NCBI GenBank assembly: GCA_951406725.2 | Contig: OX597821.1 | Coordinates: 34,348,001-34,412,000 of the forward strand | From: Octopus vulgaris | Taxonomy: Eukaryota | Direction of reading: 5' to 3' | Length of the DNA: 64,000 nt | Shown here: piece after piece, positions 44,801 through 57,757 of the stretch | Layout of the letters: every line of letters starts with the position of its first letter | How positions within the stretch are numbered: position 1 is the stretch's first letter | Translations under genes and position numbers: made by a program | Notes under the pieces: generated by a model | Told to the model about the DNA's origin: nothing | Database searches by the model: none | The model's input: the letters and a program-made list of their open reading frames with translations, nothing else

Positions 44801-44931
44801 GTAGCATGCTATTTTTTTTTAATTTGTAGACAGTATAGGTTAATTGGAAGGAATTTCGGCTGCTATTTCTAGATCGCAGTGGGTGACGACTGTATAAGGG
44901 TTCATTGTTGATTCTTATTCATTTATGCATC

Positions 44932-45088
44932 CAGTAGAAGCCGGTGACTATGATTACGGATAATGTTATCAACCGGTTATCAATAATCAAATCTGGAGGG
45001 TCCTAAAATCTATTTGCTCAATAATTAATCGATTATTGTTATCGGAAAGGCTTCATTCGAAAGTGATCCGAATAAGCGGCTTCAGGCG
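44932..45088. mobile_element. Decayed pogo/Tigger-like MITE
   Basis: Imperfect TIRs CAGTAGAAGCCG ... TAAGCGGCTTC. Confidence 0.4.
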
Positions 45089-45478
45089 TGTGCGTGTGTG
45101 TATGTGTGTGTTTGTGTGTGTGCATACATTCCTGTCTATATATTTGTGCGTATATGCATATATATTCTCTTAAATACTACCGTCATCATAGTTCCTAAAT
45201 GTATTTATATTATTTTTTTAAACTTCGTGTTCGCACATTGTGCGGGAGCACACACATAGAGGCTAACACGCATGTAAATTTGTGTGTGTGTGTATGTGTG
45301 TGCGTGTGTGTGTGTGTACGCGCGCGCGCGCGTATATTCGAACGTTATGCTTGCGTGGAAAAGATGGCAAATACTAAATCTAAACATCATACTTATTCTA
45401 TACATCAATTACCACAGTTGATGTATCTTATTTTATACACCAATTCTATACATCATTTACTATACATAGTCACTCACT

Positions 45479-45528
<50 letters not shown>

Positions 45529-45567
45529 ACATACACACACATTCACGTGCATACACATACACGCACT

Positions 45568-45601
<34 letters not shown>

Positions 45602-46499
45602 AAATGAAACTCATTCAGTTTGTCACTGTCCTAGTGACATTAAAAACCACAAGATCCTAACTTAAACTGGATGCTTCTACAGAAATAGCGACAATGGGGC
45701 AATGCTTTAAAAGACCAAACCAGTCCAGACAGACAGCCTTTGAGTGTCATATGGTAACCATTCAGACAATATTTTGTTAAACAGCAGCAGTCAAAATTAA
45801 TATATCGATAAAAAGCGAAGAGTCACATCTTGTAAATTAAAAATCAGTTTCTCGAAAACGTTCATTGTTTGTTTTTTCGCTGCCGGTCGGATTTGTCGTA
45901 ATAGACTTGGAGGTGAAATATTCTCTGCATATTAAACAAGCAAAATTTGCGTATGGCTATTTGTAAACTTGAGAATCTTGCCAACATCGACAAAAAGTGT
46001 AACCATTTTTGGTCCTTATGACCTCAGTACTGTCTTATCGGGCATTTCAAAAGCATTATACAACTTCAAAACATTTTTACAATTGTCAAAAACCTTAAAT
46101 CTTTTTAAGAGGCAACCGAAAATGCGTCACATTTGTTGGGAAGGTATTCTCAGTAGCCCCGCAGTATTATGGTTTAAAACCTCCAGTTTTTATAAAAAAA
46201 TTAAGTGCAGATGTGGCTGTGTACTAAGACGTTTTCTTTCCAACCACATGGTTCCGGGTTCAGTCCCTCTGCGTGGCACTTTGGGCTCGTGTTTTCTACT
46301 ATCCCCTTTTGAGTAGATTTGGAAACCGAAAGAAGCCCGTCGGGTATGTGTATGTATGTATGTATGTATGTCTTCTGTTTTTTAATTATTATAAATCTTT
46401 CACAGAGAAGGGAGCCGCTTTCCAGCAAAGATACAAGGTTCCATCTTTGGGATGTAGTTAACACAGACAAATTCACATTTGGAACTTGAGAAAAGTATT

Positions 46500-47620
46500 G
46501 TATATTTTTTCACTCACAGATTGGACTTTTATAAATCAGCTGGTCAATTTCTCTTTCTGATAATCCTAGTTTATCCAGATTCTCCTTTAAGCATTTACTA
46601 ACAAAACCTAGTGCTCCAATTATTATTGGTATGAATATGAATTAATAGTTTGATTTTCAAAGAGATATTTGTATCTGCGGGGCAGCTAACCTCTATGACC
46701 TTTTCTCCTTGTCCCAAACTACAGTATCCGGTCTATTATGCTTACATTAGACAGAAGTTTTGATGGGAATATTCCGCCAGTATTCCTTGAGCTGGTGTTT
46801 ATGAATATATTCCATAACAGAGGGATTTTCTAAATATATTTCTTTTTAGCAGATAACATTGTAAATTGTTTTAGCAACAACATCGTACCGCGTAGTGGGT
46901 AGTACCGTAACGACATTTTAGGACAGCTGCTAATCACATGCGTAATGTCTTCCACAGAATCATAACATAGCCTAGATATGCGGTTGCACCTTGGGATCAC
47001 AAGAGCACCACTGTCTCTCTTGTTCACTGGGTACTTAGTGGCAATCTCCTGTTCCTGGATTGCAAACGCATAGCCTTCAAAGTGTGATGTGATGTAGTGG
47101 TCTTGTGTCCAAGAGAGGCTGCTCTTCGTCTCAATTCTACTGTCTTCTTCAAGCTTCCGGACAACATACCTATGTATGATTTTTTTATATGCTGAGTGCT
47201 GTCCATCCAGGTCTTCTTTGAGATAAGAGAGCCCAGCTGTTTTTGAGGTTGTATAGATCATCAGGAAGAGAGTGTTTCTTGAGGAGTTCACTGCCAACTC
47301 GTACAATGTTGCTCACTTCACTTTTCAGGACTGCATTAATATTTTTATCTTTGCTGCTGTTGTTTAGCAGGTTCTGTCTGAGTGATACCATACAGCATTC
47401 GAAGGGAGTCTGCACTGATTTCAAGCCTCTACCACCTTCATTCCTTCTTAGGTAGAGCCTGTCAACATCACTGTTTCTGTGGAAGTTCCCAGTTGTTGTC
47501 AGGATTTTGCGGGTTTCGATATCTATGGAGTGGATTTCCTATACAGACCAATCAAGTATCCCAAATGTTGGGATCAGCACTGGTACTGCAAATGCATTGT
47601 GGGATATTGTTTGTTGTAAG
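46500..47620 (-). pseudogene. Second R4/Dong-like LINE relic (post-RT region, CCHC, RLE)
   Basis: HNAFAVPVLIPTFGILDW, RKILTTTGNFHRNSDVDRLYLRRNEGGRGL, FEGYAFAIQEQEI, RLCYDSVEDITHVISSCP, KHNRPDTVVWDKE and IPIIIGALG. Confidence 0.85.
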
Positions 47621-47827
47621 AGGAGAGTTCCGACTGCCATATTTTCCTTAGTCCAGTGTAATATTCTCGGGTCACTATCTATGTACTTATATATTAAAAC
47701 ATTTTGTTCGGTTCCAAAATCCTTCCAAAATCCTAACTCATTGAGGCTCATCTGAGCCTGAACGAGCTAGGTTTCTATAAGAGACCTACGAAACTTTAAG
47801 TTGCATCGAACCGAATCAAACTATTTT

Positions 47828-47997
47828 AAACAAGAGCACTCAGAGAGCGCAAACTTCCGCTAAGGCAACACCAATGTCCTCTCAACGATTAAACAGAGGT
47901 GATTTTTAAAATGAGAATATCTGAAATAAAATCGACTGCTCTCAAAAAACGAGAATACTAAGAATGAACCCGATCGCTCTCAAACGGAAAAATAATC

Positions 47998-48040
<43 letters not shown>

Positions 48041-48618
48041 AGTGAGAGGTGAAGGGAGAGATGAAATACTAATACGGTGAAGGAGAAGTAGTGAGAGTAA
48101 TAGCCATAACTGAGATGGAGTGAGAGAAAGTAATGACAATGAGAAAAACGAAGCGAAATGGCAAAAATAACGTCGTATGAATGAGAAAGGAAGGGGTGAT
48201 AGATGAATAACGAAGGAAGGGATGAAAAAGCCGATAAACGGCGTTTGAAGTGTGAATGTGAGTGTAAAAGAGTGGTATGTTTGCGCGTGTGTGTGTGTGT
48301 GTACAATGGAAATGGGGTGGTAATGGTAAACGCTGAAAATGTGTGAGTATATGCGTACATGTGTGTGCATGTACAAGAGAACTATGTGAAACTTTACATA
48401 TACGTGTAAAGTAAAAATAAAAAATGGAAAAATAATCCAGAATCCTTGTCCGGTACCGGATTGTTCCCAAAATCTAATCAGTTCGTGCCAGTAACGGGGC
48501 CAAACATCCCTGCAAGTTTCATCCGAATCCATCTACCGGTTCTTGAGATATCTTGTCCACGGACGAACAAGCGCGACTTAAAACAATACCTCCGTCTTCG
48601 TTGAGGCGGAGGTAATAA
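47828..48618 (-). mobile_element. Helentron-associated (HINE/DINE-1-like) non-autonomous element with central insertion
   Basis: Terminal hairpin TACCTCCGTC...GGCGGAGGTA, subterminal echo ACTTCCGC near 47853, and DINE-like core GATATCTCAAGAACC...ATGAAACTTG on the minus strand. GGAAAAATAATCCA is duplicated around the central insert. Confidence 0.6.
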
Positions 48619-50969
48619 TACACGTACCTCCTAAAAGTGTTGAGTGCCTTTTTTTCTTTCGTTTTTCCACTTCCTCGTGTGTGTGTGTGTGTGTCTTCGT
48701 TTTTCACCACCGTTGGTTTGTTTACGTCACCGCAGTTTTAGCGGTTCGGCATAAGAGACCGTTAAATAAATACCAAGTTTAAAATAGATAAGTTCTGGGT
48801 TCGATTCGTTCGACTAAAACCCTTCTGAGTTGTACCCTAGCATGGCTGCAGTCCAATGAATGAAACAAAAGGTTAAAAGATGGGAAAGCTGTTGAAAGTT
48901 AAATCTATGCTAAAATAATGTAGGGAGCCGTAAGCTTATGGCATAGTTTTTTTGTTTTTTAACTATGGATAGAAAACCTCCGGATGATCTTGTAAAGATT
49001 ATTTAGGGTCACGGAACTTTTATGGAGAATGCTAAAATGTATTTGCTTGATTTATTAGAACATTGTATTTAGTTATTTGAGCATTTGTGTATAAACATAC
49101 TAAAGAAAGCGATTGAAAAATTAAAAAAGAAAACCGTACTGCAGAGATGATGGAAGGTAGGGAAGTGTGGCGGTTACTGGTCAATAGGATGCGCGAGCAC
49201 CCGCCATTATGATTTTGAAAAAAAAAAAAACAGAATATACAAGCAAGAAAGTAAGCCGATGGTACAAGTATGGAAGGAAAACTTAACAATAATAGAACGA
49301 TACTCTAACGGAGTACTTTTACGTTGTTCTGGTTCAGTTTCTGTGCCACCCTCTTATTTTACACTGAAAATGATTGCATTTAATGGCTGCCGTATATTGT
49401 GGATGGTGCAATCGAGCGTTCTACAAACGAGACTTTTCTCTATTTTGTTATCAATAATTTTTATTTATTTATTTATTTATTTATTGGCTGGTTTTTGAAA
49501 ATTTAGTGTAATGAATATTTTTGGTTTTGTAATGATTTGCAAGCATATTTTGAAAGCCAGTCTTGCATTTTGTGCCTTAGGTTCAATAAATGTATTTCGG
49601 AGTCTAAGAGAAGGAAACGGTATTGTTAATTGAAATGGTGTTGTTAATTACAATATTCACCGCCATGATTTTGAATTCTTTGCTTGGAAATATATTCATA
49701 GATCGGCAGTGAGCTGTGTCGTTTATATTAGGTACTTTTTGGGGTAATTATGTTGTGACAAGTGTGTAATTTATTTGTAAGATCAACAAATAATGCCGCC
49801 GCAGTTCTTTCCGTTTTTCCAGAATAACTTTATTAAATTAATTCAATAAATAAATTAAAAAACAACAAGGTTTTATATTTTTGATATTACAATTTTGAAT
49901 TTATTATACAATTTAGATACTTGTAAATATAAATTCTTCTTGAATAACATACGTCTATTTTTTTTTTATTTATTTCTGTTTCTATTTTTGTTTTCAAAGT
50001 TTGAGTTTATTTTTATGTTGAACTGAAAATATGCTCCCCGTGGAGAAATTGTTAAATTTTATCAAAGAATAAAAACAACGCTGATGCAATTGTTCTTCGA
50101 GAACTGAGAGTACTACTAATTTTTTTTTCCTTTTTTTTTTGTCTCGATATGCATTTTCTTTTTCTCTTTGACACGATAACAAGTTGTCTTATTTGGTGAT
50201 TATAAAGAATATTAATTCAGCGAATGTAAGAAGCCTGCGAAATTACAAATACCTTCTACGCAAGCAATTCTTTACCGTTTTTTAAAAAGATTACTGAATT
50301 CTTCGAGATTGCAAAAAAAAAAACCGTTATTTTTTTTTTAAATCATACACAAGTAATTCAAGAAAAATGATTTAAGAGCATCACATGGAACCTCATATTT
50401 AATTAAAAAGAAAAACTGAGGAGGAGCTTTGAGATGACTCGTAAATATAAAAGAAGAAAAAAATCAAAAACGAAATGGTTTTATTTATTTAATTATTTAT
50501 TATCAATACTCAAAATCTTGAGAGAAATCTCTCATTATGAAACTTAGCTTTGCAAGTTATTTGTGTCAGACATATTTGAAAAGCTTAATAAATTTTACGT
50601 TCGTTGTAAGGGTGGAAACAGAACACACAGTTTCGCTTCGAAATGTGAAATTTAAGCATTCATAAAAACAGAAGAAAGTATGGAAACGTAGAATAAAACG
50701 GAAAATTTGAAATGTTTTCATGTACTGATGATTTTGACTGAAAATATGTTGATTTAAGTCCACTGAGCCGACCATACGCATTAGGTTTGTGTGGAAAGAC
50801 AGGTTCGCAAATATTTTCTAGCAGACATGTACATGGTTCATCATGGTAAATTTAATTGGATCTTCAGCAATTTCTACACACCCAATCCAGTTCATTGTGG
50901 TAGAGGAACAGGTGGAAAATAATGCTTTGAATTCTTACGAATTTGCAGTCATTACGGAATTCAAATCTC

Positions 50970-51386
50970 GGATCTTTTCGGTTTGAACGGCAGTTTTTTC
51001 TAGCGGTGTCATATGAAATTGTCACCCATAATTATGACCCTAGTATCGATCTATTGCATTTCAATCTGTTTTAGGGTTATGGTTAGGATTAGGAGGAAGG
51101 GTATCTTTTCTTCTTCACAAATGTAAATAAACCCAATCTGTTTCGTAAACGAGGGACATATTCATACGGCACAGGATGTTGTTTACCTCAATTGACGTCA
51201 TTGATTGGTTGAAATTGCAGTAATTGAAGAAAAACAACAACAAATATCTTACAAACTATAGAATTTTCTCAATAAAGCCAAGAGAAAAAGACGTTTTATA
51301 AACACATTCTACCAGTATGCGAAGTTTAAATTTTTTTAGTTACCTAGAAATTATGTTAAAAACTGCTGTTCAAACCGAAAAGATCC
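50970..51386. mobile_element. GGATCTTTTC-ended MITE
   Basis: TIRs with perfect TSD CAAATCTC. Confidence 0.93.
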
Positions 51387-51757
51387 CAAATCTCAAAACA
51401 CGAATTTCAAAAAAACTTATTTATATGACCATGCTTCTTGGTTGAATGAGAAATTCAGACTTTCCTTTACTGAATTAGCAATAACTGCAGCTCTTCTATC
51501 ATTTCCTTACTTATATGGCTTTCAAATTTTGGCACATGGCCAGCGATTTCGTGGAGAGGGGATAAGTCGATTGCATCAACACCAATGTTCAACAGGTACT
51601 TATTTTATCGCCCCAGGAAGGATGAAAGGCAAAGTCAGCCTCGGCGGAATTTGAACCGAGAGCGTAAAAACGGAAGAAATGCTACTAAGAATTTTAGCCG
51701 GCGTGCTAACGATTCTGCCAGCTACTTAATATCAATATGAACCCGCATGTTCTGCTC

Positions 51758-52302
51758 GCGAAATTTTTTCCCCACCAAAGTTCCGGACTCCAGTTAGGAA
51801 TTCATTTGCATACAGCCAATCAGAGCTCAACTACTAAACTGATTTATGAGCGCGTAACAAGTGATGGGCGATGAGATAAGGTCACTTGGGTAAGGAATGA
51901 CCATGCTTCTTTTCTCTTTTAATAATGCTTGTTCTTATTCTTGTTACAACCATGACTGCTTCTGCGTAGTTATTTCTGTTGTTGTTTACTTTCTAAAACA
52001 GTAACGGGGTGGTGGTTGCTATCACATCACCCTCTACCCACATTTTCCCCATCCACATCTTTACCATATGGGGCCCTAACAAAATCCGATAATAGGTATA
52101 GACGCAAATCTATCTAATAACTTGTCTCCTAAAATCAGGCATGACTTGGTGATCGGTCGACTGACAACACCGTTCATCGTCTTGAGTTTACTTGGTAGAA
52201 TGTGTTTGTTAACTCGACAACAAGGTCAAGGTGAGCTCTGATTGGCTATATGCAAATGAGTTCATTACTGGGGTCCGGAACTCTCGTAGATAAGAAAATC
52301 GC
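51758..52302. mobile_element. Mutator-like non-autonomous element (9-bp TSD, ~70-bp TIRs)
   Basis: TSD GTTCTGCTC at 51749-51757 and 52303-52311. Inverted arms AGTTCCGGAC..CATTTGCATA.AGCCAATCAGAGCTCA. Confidence 0.8.
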
Positions 52303-52668
52303 GTTCTGCTCTAGCAGCAATAAAGACAAAATAATTCTCAACTATTAGGAATGTAAGAGATTCATTTAATATCTCCTCTGACAAATACCAAGCTACTGTT
52401 TGTTCCAGAACAAACGTATCCATCCTATTGAAGGCACTCACATATTTTAACGTTAGTAAAGTTATGTAGTTCTTTTTATGATTTCTGAGTTTTGTTATTA
52501 GTTACTTTTGTTGTTTGTTGTTTAATATAATCGTATAGAGGTTAGTCTTTTATTTACTTCCTACTGAATATTTTGACGGTGGAAAAAAAAATGAGTTGTG
52601 AGAAAAATTTGTCGGTGAGGGCGGGGAAAAAACCCTCAAAGACCGGGTTAAGAAACGATGGCGTAATG

Positions 52669-53164
52669 CAGGCATGAGCAACCTTTTTCGAGAAGCATGC
52701 CGCATGAAACATTGCTCATAGTCAGGCGAGCCACATTACTAATATATGGTTAGGGCAGCGGACTCGCGATCGTAGGATCGCGGTTTCGATTCCCAGACCG
52801 GGCGTTGTGAGTGTTTATTGAGCGAATATACCTAAAGCTCCACGATGTTCCGGCAGGGGTGGTGGTCAAACCCTGCTGTACTCTTTCACCACAACTTTCT
52901 CTCACTCTTTCTTCCTGTTTCTGTTGTACCTGTATTTCAAAGGTCCTGTTTGTAAAGGTAGAAACTCCGGGTTGATGTGAAATATTTTGTATAATATATA
53001 TAAATAAATAATAAATGGAGTTAAACGCAGGTGTTATTCAAATTCTTTTACTTCCGACATATGTTTCGAAGACAACATTGTTATATATATATATATATTT
53101 AAGGTAATGTTTCGTAAAGTGTGCCATTCAGAAAGTCCTACAGGCCGTAGGTTGCCTATGACTG
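52669..53164. mobile_element. hAT (Charlie-like) MITE with nested SINE and Penelope-like fragment
   Basis: TIRs CAGGCATGAGCAACCT / AGGTTGCCTATGACTG; perfect TSD GCGTAATG. A tRNA-headed SINE lies at about 52747-52943. Confidence 0.8.
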
Positions 53165-54303
53165 GCGTAATGTTTACTTCTGAAAGTTCAATAAATTAAA
53201 ATTTAGTAAAAACTCGATGGAAGAATACAGAGATCTTTGGTATTAAGATTGGCAATTCTTGACATGTCTCAGTACTATTTGTCCTCCTCAGCGAAACATA
53301 GTCTTTATCCGCATTAACAAACCGTAAAATGACTGAGATATAGTCTTAGTGAACGAACACCGATTGTTGCTTTCAACTTGAAAAAACAAATATTTAAATT
53401 AGCGCTGGCATATTTAAAGTAGGAACTTAGTCAAGGTTATCTGTAGAAAGAGCAATCTTAAGATAGATATAAAATATACTATAGATGCTGAGTAACACAT
53501 TCACATATTTCAGAGTAAGGAAAACAGCCACTAAAACCTCCTCTAAATACAAATACAACAGACTGACACAGTTTCTCTGATACAACAATCATTTCGCTAC
53601 CGTGGAGGTCAGCTGACAGCAGATGTGAATATTTCATTCAAAATATCAGTGATTAACAGAACATTTCTGACTAACTGCTTTACATCTTACAACTTCTCTT
53701 TTTGGCAGATTATAAATTGACATGTATACTTATCATCTTTAACACACTTGGCAGTGTTACTCAATGTTTAGAGTACAAATACTGAAAAGTTGTCATTTTC
53801 AGAGAAAGATAAAAAGCAATCATAAATTTGATTTGAAATTTTCATCTGTTGAATGAAACAGGGTAAAATATACCAAATTTTTCTAGATGTTTAAGTATGC
53901 AACTCCACACAATTGGAACTGTCTAAATTCCAAACTTTGAGGTTTGTCTGTTGTTAGAAATTAATCTTGTCTTTGGGGATGAATTGAATAAATTAGAAAC
54001 TTAGGCATCCGATACAAATCAAAAGCTTAACACATCCATTATAGAGCCACCCAGCTTATAGGCAAAAAGCCATCCATGGATATGTTCCAGGAATGGCCCA
54101 CTGGTACGTTCTCTGTCTTCTCTTGGCCTTTTCTACTGATGCTATACAAGCCCTTACTTTTAGAGGCTAGTTGGGCTCATACTTCCCCTACTTGGGTATT
54201 ATTGTCCCACATATTTCTTCCCTTATCACCCTTATTATGTCCAGCCCCCTGTCATTAACCCACTACGTCCATTTCTTGGCCTTCTGGAACTCTCCCTCAA
54301 GTC

Positions 54304-54870
54304 ATATCTTTCCTGCTGGTCTTCAGGAACATTGGCAACAGCAATCTTGACGGGGGCCATGAACACTACGCTTTCCTCCAGAAACAGTGGCTCAGTGGTT
54401 AGAGCGTCGGGCTCACAGACATGAGGTAGTGAGTTCGATTTCCAGATATCTTTCCTGCTGGTCTTCAGGAACATTGGCAACAGCAATCTTGACGGGGGGC
54501 CATGAACACTACGCCTTCCTCCAGAAACAGTGGCTCAGTGGTTAGAGCGTCTGGTTCACAGACATGAGGTAGTGAGTTCGATTTCCAGACCAGGCTGTGA
54601 GTTGTGCTCTCGAGCAAGATACTTTATTTCATGTTGCTCCAGTTCACTCCACAGTAGATATGAGTTGTGACGTCACTGGTGCCGAGCTGTATCGGCTCCT
54701 TTGCCTTTCCTTTTCCCTTGGATAACTTTGGTGGTATGGAGAGGGGCGGCTGGTATGCATGGGCGACTGCTGGTCTTCCATAAACAACCTTACCCGGACT
54801 TGCGCCTCGGAGGGTAACTTCTTAGGTGAAATCCCATGGTTATTCATGAACGAAGGGGATCTTCACCCAT
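54304..54870 (+). mobile_element. tRNA-headed SINE with RTE-like tail, preceded by a ~143-bp tandem duplication
   Basis: AGTGGCTCAGTGGTTAGAGCG...GAGTTCGATTTCC head occurs twice (54304-54445 repeated at 54446-54588). Confidence 0.7.
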
Positions 54871-55091
54871 TTTTTTTTATGTAGTGGGAGAAGGGTTACC
54901 CAGAAAATCTTTGCGGATACCTCAGTCAGCACTCCATGATGTATATAATATGTATGTAGCTTTCATAATTTTTGTACGTATGATCCAGTACATTAATTGA
55001 TGTGACAATACTACCATTTATCAAAACGATCGTAACCAATTAATAAAAGCAATACTGCCACCTTTATTCCTTTGATTATCCTATTCTGTTT

Positions 55092-55460
55092 AAGGCGGCG
55101 AGCTGGCAGAAACGTTAGCACGCCGGGCGAAATGCTTAGCAGTATTTCGTTTGTCTTTACGTTCTGAGTTCAAATTCCGTCGAGGTCGACTTTGCCTTTC
55201 ATCCTTTCAGGGTCGATAAATTAAGTACCAGTTACGCACTGGGGTCGATATATAAGACTTAATTCGTCTGTCTGTCCTTGTTTGTCCTCTCTGTGTTTAG
55301 CCCCTTGTGGGTAGTAAAGAAATAAGTATTTCGTTTGTCTTTACGTTCTGAGTTCAAATTCCATCGAGGGCGACTTTGCCTTTCATCTTTTTGGTGTCAA
55401 TAAAATAAGTACCAGATGCGTACTGGGGTTGATCTAACCGACTGACCTAGAGTAGAAAGA
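55092..55460 (+). mobile_element. SINE family A, two-unit form
   Basis: Full unit joined through AAAGAAATAAG|TATTTCG to a second headless unit. Confidence 0.88.
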
Positions 55461-55467
55461 TTGTCCT

Positions 55468-55516
<49 letters not shown>

Positions 55517-56079
55517 GCATGCATACATACATACATTTATTTATTTATTTATACGGAGAGAGATTGGGGTAGAGTGGGGGAGTTTAATATATTTATGTAG
55601 TTATTCTGCAATTTCTCAGCGGGTATTGAAAACTATATTGTGGCTGGAATATACAAACTTGAATAAACACGTTATCATAGCTTCAAGATTATTAGTGATT
55701 TCTGGCAATAAATAAGTAAAACAAAAGGCAATTTAAAATCTTTCTGATTAACACTTATCAGTAATGTGAACACAAAAAGACGATTGAGTTGTCTATTTGT
55801 TCAGCTATGAATGTCCGTACGTTGCGGATTTTCAATTATAGTTAAAACCCAAGATAACCCGGGAGAGCAGATAACTCTCTTGTAGGCGGTGCTCCAATGT
55901 GATTGCAGTCCAAAGACTGAAACCTGTAAAAGAAAAGAATAATAAGAATACGTTTGGATCTACAAACGGCAATACAACAGTTTATTCATTTCATTCGTCT
56001 CAGAATGTATGTACGAAATGCCGCTAAGCACTTTGCTCGGCGTGCTAACGATTCTTCCAGCTTATATATATATGTATAT

Positions 56080-56378
56080 CACCGTGATCACCGTGACCGA
56101 CCAGGCTATCAGATGTTGCTACACATCGCTGGTCACAATGCGCTTCGCATTGTTTTAGCCTTCAAACGACGCCACCCCGCTGGCTAAGCGAGCAGGCCAA
56201 CAGAAGAAAGAGTGAGAGAAAGTTGTGGCGAAAGAGTACAGCAGGGATCGTCACCACTTCCTGCCGGAGCCTCGTGGAGCTTTAAGTGTTTTCGCTCAAT
56301 AAACACTCACAACGCCCGGTCTAGGAATCGAAACCGCGAGTCCGCTGCCCTAACCACTGGGCCATTGCGCCTCCATAT

Positions 56379-56411
<33 letters not shown>

Positions 56412-56713
56412 TACATATTAGATCTTTCTGTTTCTGTCGCCCTTTTCAAGCCTAGCCAAGCTCATGGGCCTGGTTTCCCGGTTTCTGTGGCGTATGTGTG
56501 CCACCCCCACCCCCATACCTAGCTGGACAGGACGCCAGTCCATCGCAGCGTTACCCAAGAAACAGGAAGAGAGAGTTTGAGTAATTTGGGACGAAAAAGT
56601 ACAACAGGGATTCGCCACCCACCCGCTGCCGGGGCCACGTGGAGCTTTTAGGTGTTTCCGCTCAATAAACACCACACAACGTCCGCTGCTCTAACCACTG
56701 GGCGATTGCGTCT
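56080..56713 (-). mobile_element. Two tRNA-headed SINEs (family E), same family as 52747-52943
   Basis: Minus-strand head GGCGCAATGGCCCAGTGGTTAGGGCAGCGGACTCGC...GGTTTCGATTCC and shared body GTGTTTATTGAGCG.AAACAC.TAAAGCTCCACG. Confidence 0.75.
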
Positions 56714-56842
56714 CCACTACAGTGATCGTTAGTCAACCAATAATACTCAAAATCCACATGTCAAGACCTAATACCTTAAGATCGATGCTAGATAGGTTAC
56801 TCCCACCTCTCGCTCTGTTGTCTGTCTGCCCCTTTAACACAC

Positions 56843-56911
<69 letters not shown>

Positions 56912-57159
56912 CCTATCTGGTTCCCCCTTTTCACCGTACATCATGACACTGTGATACACGATCCCTATTGATCGTTTTTTTCCCTCTTTTTTCTTTTCTT
57001 TTGTTTCTTTTCCTTTCTTTTTCTTTTTTTCTTTTTTCCCTTTTACGATCCCTTTTGATCGAAAACCTACGGCACTTTTTTTTTTATCCCCCAAAAGAAA
57101 AGCTCTACCTTGTAATTTATCCCATCTGTGTGCAGCCCTGTGTGGCCAATAAAGAAACT

Positions 57160-57208
<49 letters not shown>

Positions 57209-57247
57209 ATCTGTCTGTCTGTCTGTCTGTCTGTCTGTATGTATGTA

Positions 57248-57392
<145 letters not shown>

Positions 57393-57725
57393 ACATCGAT
57401 CATCGATGTTTACACACGCGTGTACCTTTTCTCTAGTTTCCTTCAAATAATAATAAAAAATGATGATGATGGTTGGTGTTCTTTAGCAAACAGGCAACAT
57501 ATTAAAGTTGACTGTTATGTCGGCGATATTATTGGTATCATTGGATAGTGATGTGGTTTGTGACAGAAGTGCTTTTGTAGGAAGTAAAACGGACTTCATT
57601 CGGTTGAGATTTCTGTTATCGTCTCCTCCTGCAAATTGGTTTCTGTTGTGTGTATGCAATGCATGTATAATATATGTGTATATGTTGATAGTGTGTGTGT
57701 GTGTGTGTCTGTGTATGTATATATG

Positions 57726-57757
<32 letters not shown>

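Noticed and set aside
49150-49750. Possible promoter with CCGCCAT motifs
   Set aside because: Part of the region is homologous to 19760-20120 and so is probably an old repeat; no downstream exon was identified.
54385-54445. Functional tRNA genes at SINE heads (also about 52747 and 56320-56373)
   Set aside because: A and B boxes are present but there is no full cloverleaf, and the sequences continue into SINE bodies.
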